Shown in pieces: positions 49,443-58,883 of a stretch of DNA of 64,000 nt (position 1 is the first letter of the stretch; the number at the start of each line of letters is the position of its first letter). A model generated the notes under the pieces. The model worked only from the letters and a program-made list of their open reading frames with translations. It made no database searches and was not told where the DNA came from. The translations under genes and the position numbers were made by a program. Origin of the DNA: a virus (Duplodnaviria; Caudoviricetes); the IMG/VR virus record IMGVR_UViG_3300009181_000072, positions 1,916 to 65,915 of that record. The stretch is one strand, 5' to 3'.

Positions 49443-50558
49443 TTATTGTGTATTGATGTGTGCCCAAGTCTGTGATGGTAACTGATAACCCTGTGGTAAC
49501 CAACTCCATGTTTGACCGATGAAGTTCTTCACAGTGTTGTCCATGATCTCAGCAGCCAGTGTGGGTGTTACACTTGGATTGATAGCCACTGTGGGAATAG
49601 CAGCGTATCCGCTACCACCAGCTGTGACCGTCACGCTGTCTACGGATCCGGCTGCGTTAATTGAGCCAGTGGCTGTTGCAGCACCCGTGCTAAACGTTAC
49701 AGCTGCTACGCCACCATCTAGCGTGTCGTCAAAGCCGCTACCGCCGTTTGTTACCTGCACAGTGCTTACGAAATAAGTCAAGTTTGCAGTGGCGCCGCCG
49801 CCGCTACCAAGCAGCGTGACTGGGTTAGTGGCTAGCGCACGATAATCGCCTGCATTCGCTATGGTAAGAGTATTGACCCCCCAACCAATGTTGAACGTGG
49901 CACCAGTTGCGCTTACGTTTGTAACAGTCTGTGATGTGAACGTCACAGGATCTGCAGGAAGTCCTGCGGTTGTTTTGCTACCAGCGTTGTTTATGCTGAT
50001 ACCTACAACACCTCCGGTCGCACTAGCACTGGCGACTTCAATGACCACGTTTGCGGCATATCCAGCGCCACTTATTGTGAAAGTATCGCCAACTGTGTAG
50101 TTTGATCCGCCAACGGCAGCAGCAATAGTGCGCAACTTGACGCTGGCTACAGTGACATTGCCCTGTTGGTTGGTAGTGTATGTTCCACCGCTGATATTGA
50201 GCACGTTGCCTACACCGTAGTCTGCTGTTACAGCACCTGTTCCACTGGTATCAACAGTTGCTGAATAAACGCCGAGGTTGGCAACAGCAGTGGCGCCGCC
50301 GCCTTCTGCGTTGTATGGATACACTGCAATGTTGGCCTGTCCTGGGCCAGTGATTGGACCGTTAACCAGATAGCACTGACCTGGCGTTGACGGACCCTGT
50401 CCATCCACACTGAGCCACTGATAGCTAGTACTGGTCAACTGCTTGACAATCCAGCTTGGACGAGCAACTGTGTCGCCATTGATCCAGGCATTTCCGATGA
50501 TAGTTTGGCCACTCAGTGTGACGTTGCCAAAGTATTGTTTCTTAAGTGGGCGTCCCAT
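49443..50558 (-). CDS. 'MGRPL' family protein, long paralog with inserted Gly/Thr-rich beta module (probable virion component)
   Basis: MGRPLKKQYFG start; GATAAATA late motif at 50620-50627; repeats V..GGSGY. Confidence 0.75.
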   Translation of the reverse strand: MGRPLKKQYFGNVTLSGQTIIGNAWINGDTVARPSWIVKQLTSTSYQWLSVDGQGPSTPGQCYLVNGPITGPGQANIAVYPYNAEGGGATAVANLGVYSATVDTSGTGAVTADYGVGNVLNISGGTYTTNQQGNVTVASVKLRTIAAAVGGSNYTVGDTFTISGAGYAANVVIEVASASATGGVVGISINNAGSKTTAGLPADPVTFTSQTVTNVSATGATFNIGWGVNTLTIANAGDYRALATNPVTLLGSGGGATANLTYFVSTVQVTNGGSGFDDTLDGGVAAVTFSTGAATATGSINAAGSVDSVTVTAGGSGYAAIPTVAINPSVTPTLAAEIMDNTVKNFIGQTWSWLPQGYQLPSQTWAHINTQ

Positions 50559-50698
50559 TTGTTTTCTCCTCTGGCGTTCTAAGCCTACGGGGTGGTGCCC
50601 CGTAATAAATGTTCATATCTATTTATCATGGTCCTGTGACATATGCGTTATAACATGTGCCAGCTTAACCATCTGGTAGAGTGGTATCGTATGCAGGA

Positions 50699-51064
50699 TT
50701 ATTTAGCAGCTAGGCTGCTGTCTACCACGTGCACACAGTTGGATTCTGGACCCCAGATGCTCCATTCGTGATGGTTGCCGTGCCAGTCCTTGATCTTGCC
50801 ATTGGCAATGCGCATAGCAAATCCTGTGACCGTGCCCTCAAACCGTATGCTCATCAGTCCAGGCATGGGCGGCTCAGCAGCGTCGCACAATCTGTATGCG
50901 CCCAGCTCGCCTGTGCTAGCATCCTGTATCAAAAAGCGATCGCTGCCAACCTGCTTGATGATGTAGCCCCGGCCTATGCGACCAAGGTTATTGATCACAG
51001 GCATCAGAACCGGACCGTCGCTGGTAGGTATTCCGATCCATCGGTCTGTTAACGGGCGTCCCAT
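50699..51064 (-). CDS. 'MGRPL' family protein, divergent short paralog
   Basis: MGRPLTDRWIG...GYIIKQVGSDRF aligns with the other two (YISKQ / WIVKQ). Confidence 0.65.
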   Translation of the reverse strand: MGRPLTDRWIGIPTSDGPVLMPVINNLGRIGRGYIIKQVGSDRFLIQDASTGELGAYRLCDAAEPPMPGLMSIRFEGTVTGFAMRIANGKIKDWHGNHHEWSIWGPESNCVHVVDSSLAAK

Positions 51065-51126
51065 GGTATTATTATATCACCATAAATGCCAGTTGATGAA
51101 ACAACTTGAACAGTGTATACTAGATT

Positions 51127-51639
51127 ATGGCAAAGAAAACTAACATACCAGGTCAGAAACTAAGCTTAGATGCCACGCTGCAGGCGTTGGACAACCGAGA
51201 TCTGGGCTTTTATGACCGCCTCACAGACGAGGAACGCAAGGGCTACAGCCCATTCTTGTTGATGCGCTACATGAGTAGCCTGAGTCCGCAGAGTCCGATA
51301 CAGGGCTATGCAGTGCTAGCAACCAATGATTTGGTCAATCTTGGATTCTTTAGCTTGGGCAAGCATCCAGAACTGCAGCACAAGCTGATGTGTCTGGCTG
51401 GCACAGGCCGCAAGCAGTATAGGCCCTACGTTGGCGCTAAGAATGCCAAAAGCAAGACCAAAGTGGTTGACGAGTTCTTGATGGGGTTACATCCTAGCAT
51501 GAACACCCAAGAGCTGGCGCTGTTAAAGAGTCAGCATAACAAAGACACTCTCAAGCAGCTGGGCAAGGATGCTGGGCTCAGCGATGCAGAGATAAAGGAA
51601 TTGGTTGAAGATGGCAAAAAGCTGGAGCGTGATTCCTAA
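51127..51639 (+). CDS. Probable clamp-loader small subunit-like protein (gp62-like)
   Basis: YSPFLLMRYMS...N...HPELQ pattern; size and replication-module context. Confidence 0.5.
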   Translation: MAKKTNIPGQKLSLDATLQALDNRDLGFYDRLTDEERKGYSPFLLMRYMSSLSPQSPIQGYAVLATNDLVNLGFFSLGKHPELQHKLMCLAGTGRKQYRPYVGAKNAKSKTKVVDEFLMGLHPSMNTQELALLKSQHNKDTLKQLGKDAGLSDAEIKELVEDGKKLERDS

Positions 51640-52321
51640 GCAGTGTCGCTGTGAGTTCTGCAAGCGCGAGTTCAGCGATGAGCTCAGGCTGATCAACCAT
51701 ATCTGTGAAAAGAAGCGTCGTTGGTTCCAGAAGGACCAGCCGCAGGGTCGCATAGCTTTCATGGCATGGGCACGCTTTTATGAACTCAACAATCAGCTGG
51801 CTGGCAACAAGAGCAAGAAGACCTATAAAGAATTCATTGACAGCAAGTATTATCTGGCATTCAGCAAGTTTGCCAGGCACTTGCTGGATACTGCTGCGCC
51901 AGAACCCACACGCTTCATTGACTATGTGATCAAGCACAACCTGCCCATTGACAAGTGGACACATGACACAGTGTATGAAGAATATGTCAAGGATCTCATA
52001 CGCACAGAACAGCCAGAGCAAGCATTGGAGCGCGGTATCGTGCTGATGCGGGAATGGAGCCAACAGCACGAACTACCTTGGTATGACTTCTTCAGAGAAG
52101 TTAATACCAATCAGATGACAAATTGGATCAAGACTGGTCGTATTAGTCCTTGGGTGCTATATAATTCTAACAGTGCCGAAGACGCTCTCAAGCGCTGTAC
52201 ACCAGAGCAGATAGGCATGATATTTGCTATGGCACCCACGGCACAGTGGACACTGAAACTCAAGGCTGACAAGGAAGGTGCTACCTTTGTCAAGGACACG
52301 CTAAAGAAAGCAGGATTATGA
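51629..52321 (+). CDS. Hypothetical protein with N-terminal Zn-finger-like motif
   Basis: CEFCKREF...HIC; GTG start overlapping the upstream gene. Confidence 0.6.
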   Translation: MIPKQCRCEFCKREFSDELRLINHICEKKRRWFQKDQPQGRIAFMAWARFYELNNQLAGNKSKKTYKEFIDSKYYLAFSKFARHLLDTAAPEPTRFIDYVIKHNLPIDKWTHDTVYEEYVKDLIRTEQPEQALERGIVLMREWSQQHELPWYDFFREVNTNQMTNWIKTGRISPWVLYNSNSAEDALKRCTPEQIGMIFAMAPTAQWTLKLKADKEGATFVKDTLKKAGL

Positions 52322-52620
52322 TGGCAGAGATCACAGACATGTATGGCGCAGACGACAGCGATGCACCAGAGGTAACGCAACAGGTCAAGCGAGTGGTTAC
52401 TAACACAGGCGGGCTTGTTGAATTTGAAGTGAACGGAGCTCGAGTGCGCACGGTAGACCCGGGATATGTTGCCATGCTGGAAAATCGCTTGATCCGAACA
52501 GAACAAGAGATAAACGATCTACGCAATGAGATAAGCCGTCTCCACAACAGCATGCGCAGTCGACGTGCTGAAACTGCACAGCTACAGAGACAGCTTGACG
52601 GCAAGATTGATAGACAATAG
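52318..52620 (+). CDS. Small coiled-coil protein
   Basis: Heptad pattern LENRLIRTEQEINDLRNEISRL. Confidence 0.55.
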   Translation: MMAEITDMYGADDSDAPEVTQQVKRVVTNTGGLVEFEVNGARVRTVDPGYVAMLENRLIRTEQEINDLRNEISRLHNSMRSRRAETAQLQRQLDGKIDRQ

Positions 52621-52628
52621 GATCTGCA

Positions 52629-53210
52629 ATGCTGAACCGCGGCGACATTGACATAGATTTTGCGCACAGAGATGCTGCACTTGCTAGCCTGCGACACACA
52701 CCTGCCAGCATCATCAAAGACAGCAAGATTGTCAAGCACAACACTGGCGTGTATTTCCATGCTGTGCCAACCGATCCGATCACTGGATTGTGCAGCTTAG
52801 ATTACAATGCTGCAGACGCTGCTGGGTTCTTCAAGATAGACATGCTGAACGTGGGCGTGTATGAGCATGTGCGCAACGAAGCACACTTGCTAGATCTCAT
52901 GGAGCGACCTATAGACTGGGCAGTGTTTTGTGATCCCAGTTTTGTGAGCCGACTGTTTCATCTTGGTAACTATGGCGATCTTTGTGCCAGGCTTAAACCA
53001 ACCAGCATAGCACACATAGCCATGATACTAGCGCTGATACGTCCTGGCAAGAAGCACTTGCAAAGCGTGTGTGAGCAGCAGGGTTTTGACAGCATACGCG
53101 ATGAGATCTGGGTCAAGACCGACGACGACGCATACAGTTTCAAACACGCTCACGCTATTTCTTATGCAGTTTTGGTCTATGTGCATGCGCAGATTTTGCT
53201 TGAACAATAA
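52629..53210 (+). CDS. Miniature DNA polymerase III alpha (DnaE)-like protein
   Basis: DIDIDF, HNTGVY, GFFKIDML, ALIRPG, YSFKHAHAISYA occur in DnaE order. Confidence 0.8.
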   Translation: MLNRGDIDIDFAHRDAALASLRHTPASIIKDSKIVKHNTGVYFHAVPTDPITGLCSLDYNAADAAGFFKIDMLNVGVYEHVRNEAHLLDLMERPIDWAVFCDPSFVSRLFHLGNYGDLCARLKPTSIAHIAMILALIRPGKKHLQSVCEQQGFDSIRDEIWVKTDDDAYSFKHAHAISYAVLVYVHAQILLEQ

Positions 53211-53250
53211 CAGAACTGTGCTATTATAAGCAATCAAGAGGAGCATCCAC

Positions 53251-53724
53251 ATGGCACGTAAAAAGCTAACATTCCAAACCGTAGGTGATATGTTCGGTAA
53301 GACCGTTCAATTAGTTGATGGCGACACTGTTCACGAAGCTGGTACTGATCTGCAATATGATCCAATTGACCGGCTGGATACCAAGCTCAAGACTGGGTAT
53401 CTGTTTCGTAATCCCCAAGCTACGCCTGCATTGATCAGCAAGATCTGGGACACACTAGAGAACCTCACTGGTGCTGTGAACGTGTGGACTGAAGCAGAAC
53501 ACACAGAAGGCAAGGACACAGAGTTTACCAGCTTTGTGCGAATCGCAGAAGCTGGCGATGCTACCATGTTTGCGTTTAGCCACAACGACTTTGAAAAGTG
53601 GGGCGACGACAAAGAAAAAGCTGATGCCAAGGCGCGCAAAGCTGCTCTCAAGCCGCTCAAGGTCCATGTGAACAAAGACGGCACCGTGCGTGCTCGCGTC
53701 ACGGTTAGCACGCTAGGCGACTAA
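53251..53724 (+). CDS. Hypothetical protein
   Basis: 157 aa, GAGGAG RBS, upstream TTGAAC-N16-TATTAT promoter. Confidence 0.7.
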   Translation: MARKKLTFQTVGDMFGKTVQLVDGDTVHEAGTDLQYDPIDRLDTKLKTGYLFRNPQATPALISKIWDTLENLTGAVNVWTEAEHTEGKDTEFTSFVRIAEAGDATMFAFSHNDFEKWGDDKEKADAKARKAALKPLKVHVNKDGTVRARVTVSTLGD

Positions 53725-54092
53725 GCGTGCTTGACTAGCTGTATGGTCCGACGTTTGACACGTTTGTTCATCAGATCACGGAGATTGACCACTGGACCTT
53801 GGATGATCTCCGTTTCCTTCATGCTGAATATGCGCAAGTATGTTTTGAACTTTGCGAATTTTTCTCGCACGAACATGTTGATGGGTATCTGCCTGTTGCT
53901 TTCCCACCACCAAGTATCGCCGCAGCTCAAGAAAGACACCTTCATCTGATCGGTGAAGGTGTGATCCATCACATAGATATGTATGAATTGATTGTCGGCG
54001 TGCTGTACGATTCCTAGATATTCTTTATCTAAATGCTTTATTATTGTTAGAAAAGGAAACTTTTCTTGCAGCACCTGCTTGGTATCTGACAT
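53721..54092 (-). CDS. Hypothetical protein
   Basis: EKFPFLT...YLGIVQ...WWWESNRQIPINMF; AGGA RBS; late promoter. Confidence 0.7.
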   Translation of the reverse strand: MSDTKQVLQEKFPFLTIIKHLDKEYLGIVQHADNQFIHIYVMDHTFTDQMKVSFLSCGDTWWWESNRQIPINMFVREKFAKFKTYLRIFSMKETEIIQGPVVNLRDLMNKRVKRRTIQLVKHA

Positions 54093-54116
54093 ATTGGTCC
54101 TGTTTGTGTACAAAGG

Positions 54117-54128
54117 TATTTATAAATA
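54117..54128. promoter_or_regulatory. Palindromic bidirectional late promoter TATTTATAAATA
   Basis: Reads TATAAATA on both strands, between divergent genes. Confidence 0.75.
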
Positions 54129-54161
54129 TAAAACATTGATTGGAAATAATGTCAGGATCCT

Positions 54162-55037
54162 ATGCCAACGGTCTTCCTCTACAGCTTCAAGGAATACGTG
54201 CAACTCCTACAGTTCGATCAGAACCCCCAACTGGTGAATTGGCCCATGACCATTTATGATACTAAGCTCTACAAGGGCGTTACAAATACCATAGATTTTG
54301 TCATACGTAACAACGAACGGCGCCCAATCAACTTGGTCGGTGTTGAACTGGAAGCGTTTGTTAGCACTAGAGCTACTAACGAGATAGTCTTGACCAAGCG
54401 AGTGGAAGTTACAGTACCTCTGCAGGGCAAAGCTAAACTCACGCTGGATCCGGGTGAAGTAGAAGATCTACCTGCAGGCTATTACAACTACAGCATACAA
54501 AACACCAACGTTAATGGCATAGCACAGCTGTACTACACTGACATAAATCAGTCTGGTGTTGGACATTTTGAACTGTTTGACGGCGTGCTGCGCACCATGG
54601 TACCCGCAGTTGAAGTAGAAGCTGCACAGTTTACTCAGACTCCAATTGGCAACAACGACGACTTGGCATTCCTAACTGGTGCATTCCCTGGTGATGCACA
54701 GACACAGCGTGCTAATGGCATGCACACTGTTGCAGTGTATCAGACTCGTTTCCTCGGCAAGTTCTTCATACAGGCTAGTTTAACCAACAACAGTCCAATG
54801 CCCAGCGAATGGTTTTTCATACCATTGGTCCCAGGACCAGATCCCATGTACACGTTTACCTACCTCAACAATGATGGATTAACACCTACACTGTTTAACT
54901 TTGATCTCAATGCATATTGGGTTAGATTTGGCTATATCCCTGTTTGGAGCGGTATTGACAGCCCGATCAGCGTGGACGAGTTTGCACAGCTGATCGTCAA
55001 CGACGGCGTGTTCCACAAAATACTCTACAAGAGCTAA
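54162..55037 (+). CDS. Probable virion structural protein (Ig/BppU-like N-terminal domain)
   Basis: LYKGVTNTIDFVIRN...PINL.G...GKAKLTL...DLPAGYYNYSI; late promoter. Confidence 0.55.
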   Translation: MPTVFLYSFKEYVQLLQFDQNPQLVNWPMTIYDTKLYKGVTNTIDFVIRNNERRPINLVGVELEAFVSTRATNEIVLTKRVEVTVPLQGKAKLTLDPGEVEDLPAGYYNYSIQNTNVNGIAQLYYTDINQSGVGHFELFDGVLRTMVPAVEVEAAQFTQTPIGNNDDLAFLTGAFPGDAQTQRANGMHTVAVYQTRFLGKFFIQASLTNNSPMPSEWFFIPLVPGPDPMYTFTYLNNDGLTPTLFNFDLNAYWVRFGYIPVWSGIDSPISVDEFAQLIVNDGVFHKILYKS

Positions 55038-55076
55038 ATCACTTGTGATAAAACGCAGGCTACGCTATACTCTAGC

Positions 55077-56096
55077 ATGGCTCTGATGCATCAACTAGTA
55101 GCAGATAATCTACCGCAGAAGCGTAAGACCAGTCCTCGCGGCTGGCTTATGTTCAATGCACCCTGCTGCAGCCATCGCGGACACAAGCACGATACTCGCA
55201 TGCGTGGTAACATGTTGATATTGCCAGATGGTTACATAGCTTACAACTGTTACAACTGTGGGTTCAAGACCGTGTTTGACAACGTCAACATCAGTCGTAA
55301 CTTTGAAAATCTCATGGACTGGATGGGCATTCCCACAGAAGACATCCGACGTGTCAAGCTAGAAGTACTGCAGAACAAGCTAGATGGCGTTACTGCGGTG
55401 TCTGATCATAACGAGCTTAACTTTTTGCGCGAGTTCAAGGAAGTAGCGCTGCCAGAGAACGCACGCCCGATACAGGTCGTGATGGAAGATGATGAACTCG
55501 CTGAACAATTTGGTATGTGCGTGGATTATCTCGCTAGCAGAGGTGTTGCTGTAGGCGAAGGCTGGGACTATCATTGGACCCCCAGCACCAAGTGGAACTT
55601 GGACCAGCGCATCATCATACCGTTCTATTACAGAGACAAGATCGTTGGATGGACTGCTAGATATGCTGGTACACCGCCAAGCGGCACTCCCAGATACTAC
55701 AATAGTGATCTACAGCCTGGGTACCTTTTTAATTGTGATGCTATAACTCGCGGTAACCGTAAATACATCATATTGGTAGAAGGTCCATTTGATGCGATAG
55801 CCATAGACGGTGTTGCTGCATTGGGTAGTAAATTAAGTAAACAACAGTTGAGTTGGTTAACCAGCACCAATAGAGAAATCATCGTATTACCCGACAGACA
55901 GCGGAATAACCAAGGTCTGATAGATATTGCATTGGATCAAGGATGGCAGGTCAGCTTTCCTGACTGGGAAGATGACATTAAAGACGCAGCTGATGCCAGT
56001 TGTAGATATGGAAAATTGTTTACCCTACGTACAATAATAGAAAGTAGGACCAATAGTGCATTGCAGATAGGAACAAAGAGGAAGATGTTTAAATGA
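55077..56096 (+). CDS. DNA primase (gp61-like)
   Basis: FNAPCC...YNCYNCG Zn finger, RIIIPF..GWTAR, TOPRIM VEGPFDA, PD, KDAAD. Confidence 0.9.
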   Translation: MALMHQLVADNLPQKRKTSPRGWLMFNAPCCSHRGHKHDTRMRGNMLILPDGYIAYNCYNCGFKTVFDNVNISRNFENLMDWMGIPTEDIRRVKLEVLQNKLDGVTAVSDHNELNFLREFKEVALPENARPIQVVMEDDELAEQFGMCVDYLASRGVAVGEGWDYHWTPSTKWNLDQRIIIPFYYRDKIVGWTARYAGTPPSGTPRYYNSDLQPGYLFNCDAITRGNRKYIILVEGPFDAIAIDGVAALGSKLSKQQLSWLTSTNREIIVLPDRQRNNQGLIDIALDQGWQVSFPDWEDDIKDAADASCRYGKLFTLRTIIESRTNSALQIGTKRKMFK

Positions 56097-56158
56097 CCAA
56101 GATAAACCAACCGGATATATTCCGGGTAGACACATTTAACAGAAATGGAGGTGGGTGC

Positions 56159-56942
56159 ATGAAAATCGTTTTATGTACCGGCGGCTTTTGACCCCGTACA
56201 CAGTGGACATATCAAGTATTTTACCGAAGCACGCAGCCTTGGCGACATGCTGGTGATTGGATTGAACAGCGATGCCTGGTTGACCAGGAAAAAGTCGCAA
56301 CCGTTCATGTCGTTTGACGAACGCCGTGCGATCGTTTCTAGTTTAAAACAAGTTGATCATGTGCTTGACGGCTATGACGATTCGGATGACAGCAGTTGCG
56401 ATGCCATACGCAAGGTGAGAGAGCAATGGCCCAGTGCAGAGATCATATTTGCCAACGGCGGCGACAGAAGCAACAAAAACACACCGGAGATGCGCATGGC
56501 CTGGGAAGACGACCTGATTAAATTTGCCATGGGAGTAGGAGGCGCGGACAAAGCCAACAGCAGCAGCTGGATACTGCAGGAATGGAAGAGTCCTAAGACT
56601 GCGCGAGCCTGGGGCTACTACCGCGTACTACACCAAGAAGGCCGCGCAGTCAAGCTCAAGGAGCTAACCGTCGAACCAGGTCAATCTCTAAGCATGCAGC
56701 GTCACAACAAGCGATCAGAATTCTGGTTCGTGTCGCAGGGTACTGCTACTGTATATACGTTGGATATCAGCAGTGACTTAGACCTATTAGGCCATTACAA
56801 TGTGAACGACTCCTTGTGGATCCGCAAGGGAGATTGGCACCAGTTGGCCAATGAGACCAATGATCCATTGAAGATTATTGAGATACAATATGGCGACGAC
56901 TGCGTAGAAGAAGATATAGTAAGGATGGATGTGCATGGCTGA
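56159..56942 (+). CDS. Cytidylyltransferase + cupin (mannose-6-P isomerase C-terminal-like) fusion, interrupted by a +1 frameshift after codon 10
   Basis: Joined reading MKIVLCTGGF/DPVHSGH..LVIGLNSD..L.RKK..FANGGDR..SSS; C-term WGYYRVL, LSMQRH..RSEFW, IIEIQYG..C.EEDIVR. Confidence 0.8.
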
Positions 56943-58377
56943 TAGGTTTGGTAATGACGACAAAGAAGACATCAAGGATTATGGCGAGGACAAGCAAAAG
57001 CTGTTGATCAGCGTGCTACTGAGCAGCGAAGACATATTCACTCGCTGCGTCAACATAGTGAATCCTAAGTACTTTGTCAACAAGCTGCGCCCTGCTGTGC
57101 GTTACATGCTCAAGCATGCTGAAGAATATCGTGTGCTGCCAAAGATTGAACAGGTCAATGCAGAGACTGGATTGGAATTTGCCAGGATTGACGAGATCAG
57201 TCCAGGCCACCAAGATGCGTTTCTTGACGAGATCGAAGAGTTTTGCAAGAATCGTGCACTAGCAGATGCAGTATTGGCGTCAGCTGATCTCATTGACAAG
57301 GGCAACTATGGCGAAGTTGAGAAGCTGGTCAGGGAAGCTATCTTGGTCAGCTTGCAAAGTGACATTGGTACTGACTACTTTGATGATCCGAGAGCGCGTC
57401 TGCTCAAGATCAAGGACCGCAATGGGCAGGTTACCACTGGATGGAAGACGGTTGATGACAAGCTGTATGGCGGCATCAATCGAGGGGAGATCACCATCTG
57501 GTGTGCAGGATCCGGTGTGGGCAAGAGCTTGTTCTTGCAGAACATGAGCTTGAACATGGCACGCAATGGATTGAATGTGGTTTATATCACGCTGGAACTC
57601 AGCGAAGGGCTAACCAGCATGCGCATAGATAGCATGCTCACTGACATTGGTACCAAAGAGATCTTCCGCAATCTAGACACGGTTGAGCTAAAGATCAAAG
57701 CAGCACAGCGCAAGAGCGGTTTGATGCATGTGCGACAACTGCCGCAGGGCAGCACAGTGAACGATATCAAAGCATATCTCAAGAACTATGAGATTGAAAC
57801 GCAGAAGCGGTGCGATGTCATGGTAGTGGATTACTTGGATCTGCTGTATCCAAACAACAAGAAGGTCAATCCAAGCGACTTGTTCATCAAGGACAAGTTT
57901 GTCACTGAGGAACTCAGAGGTCTAGCTGTTGAGCGCAACATGGTATGTGTGACTGCAAGTCAGCTGAATAGATCAGCAACACAGGAACAAGAACACGATC
58001 ACAGCATGATCTCGGGTGGTATCAGCAAGATCCAGACAGCAGACAACGTGATATCGATCTTTGCTAGTGCTGCAATGAAAGAACGTGGACAGTACCAGAT
58101 ACAGTTCTTGAAAACACGTAGTTCTAGCGGTGTCGGCAGCAAGGTATACTTGGGATTTGATCAGAACACGCTGAAGATATTCGACTTGGATGAGGAACAA
58201 CAGAGCATGCTACAGGGCGGCGGTGCCGGAGCAGATGTGTTTACAGCACTGCGCAGGAAGAACACAGGCGGTAATCCAGTAGACGAAAGCAATACTCCGG
58301 CTGCGTCGAGGCCCAATGTTGATCTCAACAAAAGCCTGTCTCAGCTGAGCAGCTTAACTAACTTGATCAGGCGCTAG
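56935..58377 (+). CDS. Replicative DnaB-like helicase (gp41-like)
   Basis: AGSGVGKS, YITLELS, VVDYLDL, TASQLNR, KIQTAD, KTRSS. Confidence 0.93.
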   Translation: MADRFGNDDKEDIKDYGEDKQKLLISVLLSSEDIFTRCVNIVNPKYFVNKLRPAVRYMLKHAEEYRVLPKIEQVNAETGLEFARIDEISPGHQDAFLDEIEEFCKNRALADAVLASADLIDKGNYGEVEKLVREAILVSLQSDIGTDYFDDPRARLLKIKDRNGQVTTGWKTVDDKLYGGINRGEITIWCAGSGVGKSLFLQNMSLNMARNGLNVVYITLELSEGLTSMRIDSMLTDIGTKEIFRNLDTVELKIKAAQRKSGLMHVRQLPQGSTVNDIKAYLKNYEIETQKRCDVMVVDYLDLLYPNNKKVNPSDLFIKDKFVTEELRGLAVERNMVCVTASQLNRSATQEQEHDHSMISGGISKIQTADNVISIFASAAMKERGQYQIQFLKTRSSSGVGSKVYLGFDQNTLKIFDLDEEQQSMLQGGGAGADVFTALRRKNTGGNPVDESNTPAASRPNVDLNKSLSQLSSLTNLIRR

Positions 58378-58801
58378 GTGTGCCCGGTGCGGGTTTGCGA
58401 TAGATGGTTCTTAGCCTGTTGACCACCCGCTGTGCAGTGCTGGTATCTGTGCTCATCAGCTTGGTGAATGCAGCTGCCAGCTCGCGTATCTGGTCTGGAT
58501 CAGATGGTTCACTGCCAGCTCGCAACTGGTTAAATGCCTGTTTAAACAGTGCAGTATTATCCATGCCTAGATCGTTAGCTAGGGTTTCTACTGATATCGT
58601 ACCCTGGTTTGGCTGCTTGGGTTCTGTCATGATATCTTCTATATCAGTGTCGTCTTGTGCTTGGTCTATGCTGCCTGCTTCTGGTGCTGCTGGCTCTGGC
58701 TCAGCTGCATCGCCACCTAATATGCTAGCACCATCGGCTTCTGCTTCAGCAAGGCGACGCATCAATTCTCGCATAGCGTCTGATTGCAGTGTGATATTCA
58801 T
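58367..58801 (-). CDS. Hypothetical late protein
   Basis: GGAG RBS; GATAAATA on minus strand at 58830-58837. Confidence 0.65.
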   Translation of the reverse strand: MNITLQSDAMRELMRRLAEAEADGASILGGDAAEPEPAAPEAGSIDQAQDDTDIEDIMTEPKQPNQGTISVETLANDLGMDNTALFKQAFNQLRAGSEPSDPDQIRELAAAFTKLMSTDTSTAQRVVNRLRTIYRKPAPGTPSA

Positions 58802-58883
58802 AGACGGTCTCCGTGCCAGTTGTAAATGGTATTTATCACTGCTGTGACACTAGCTAAATACTTGGCATACCAAGAGGATCACC

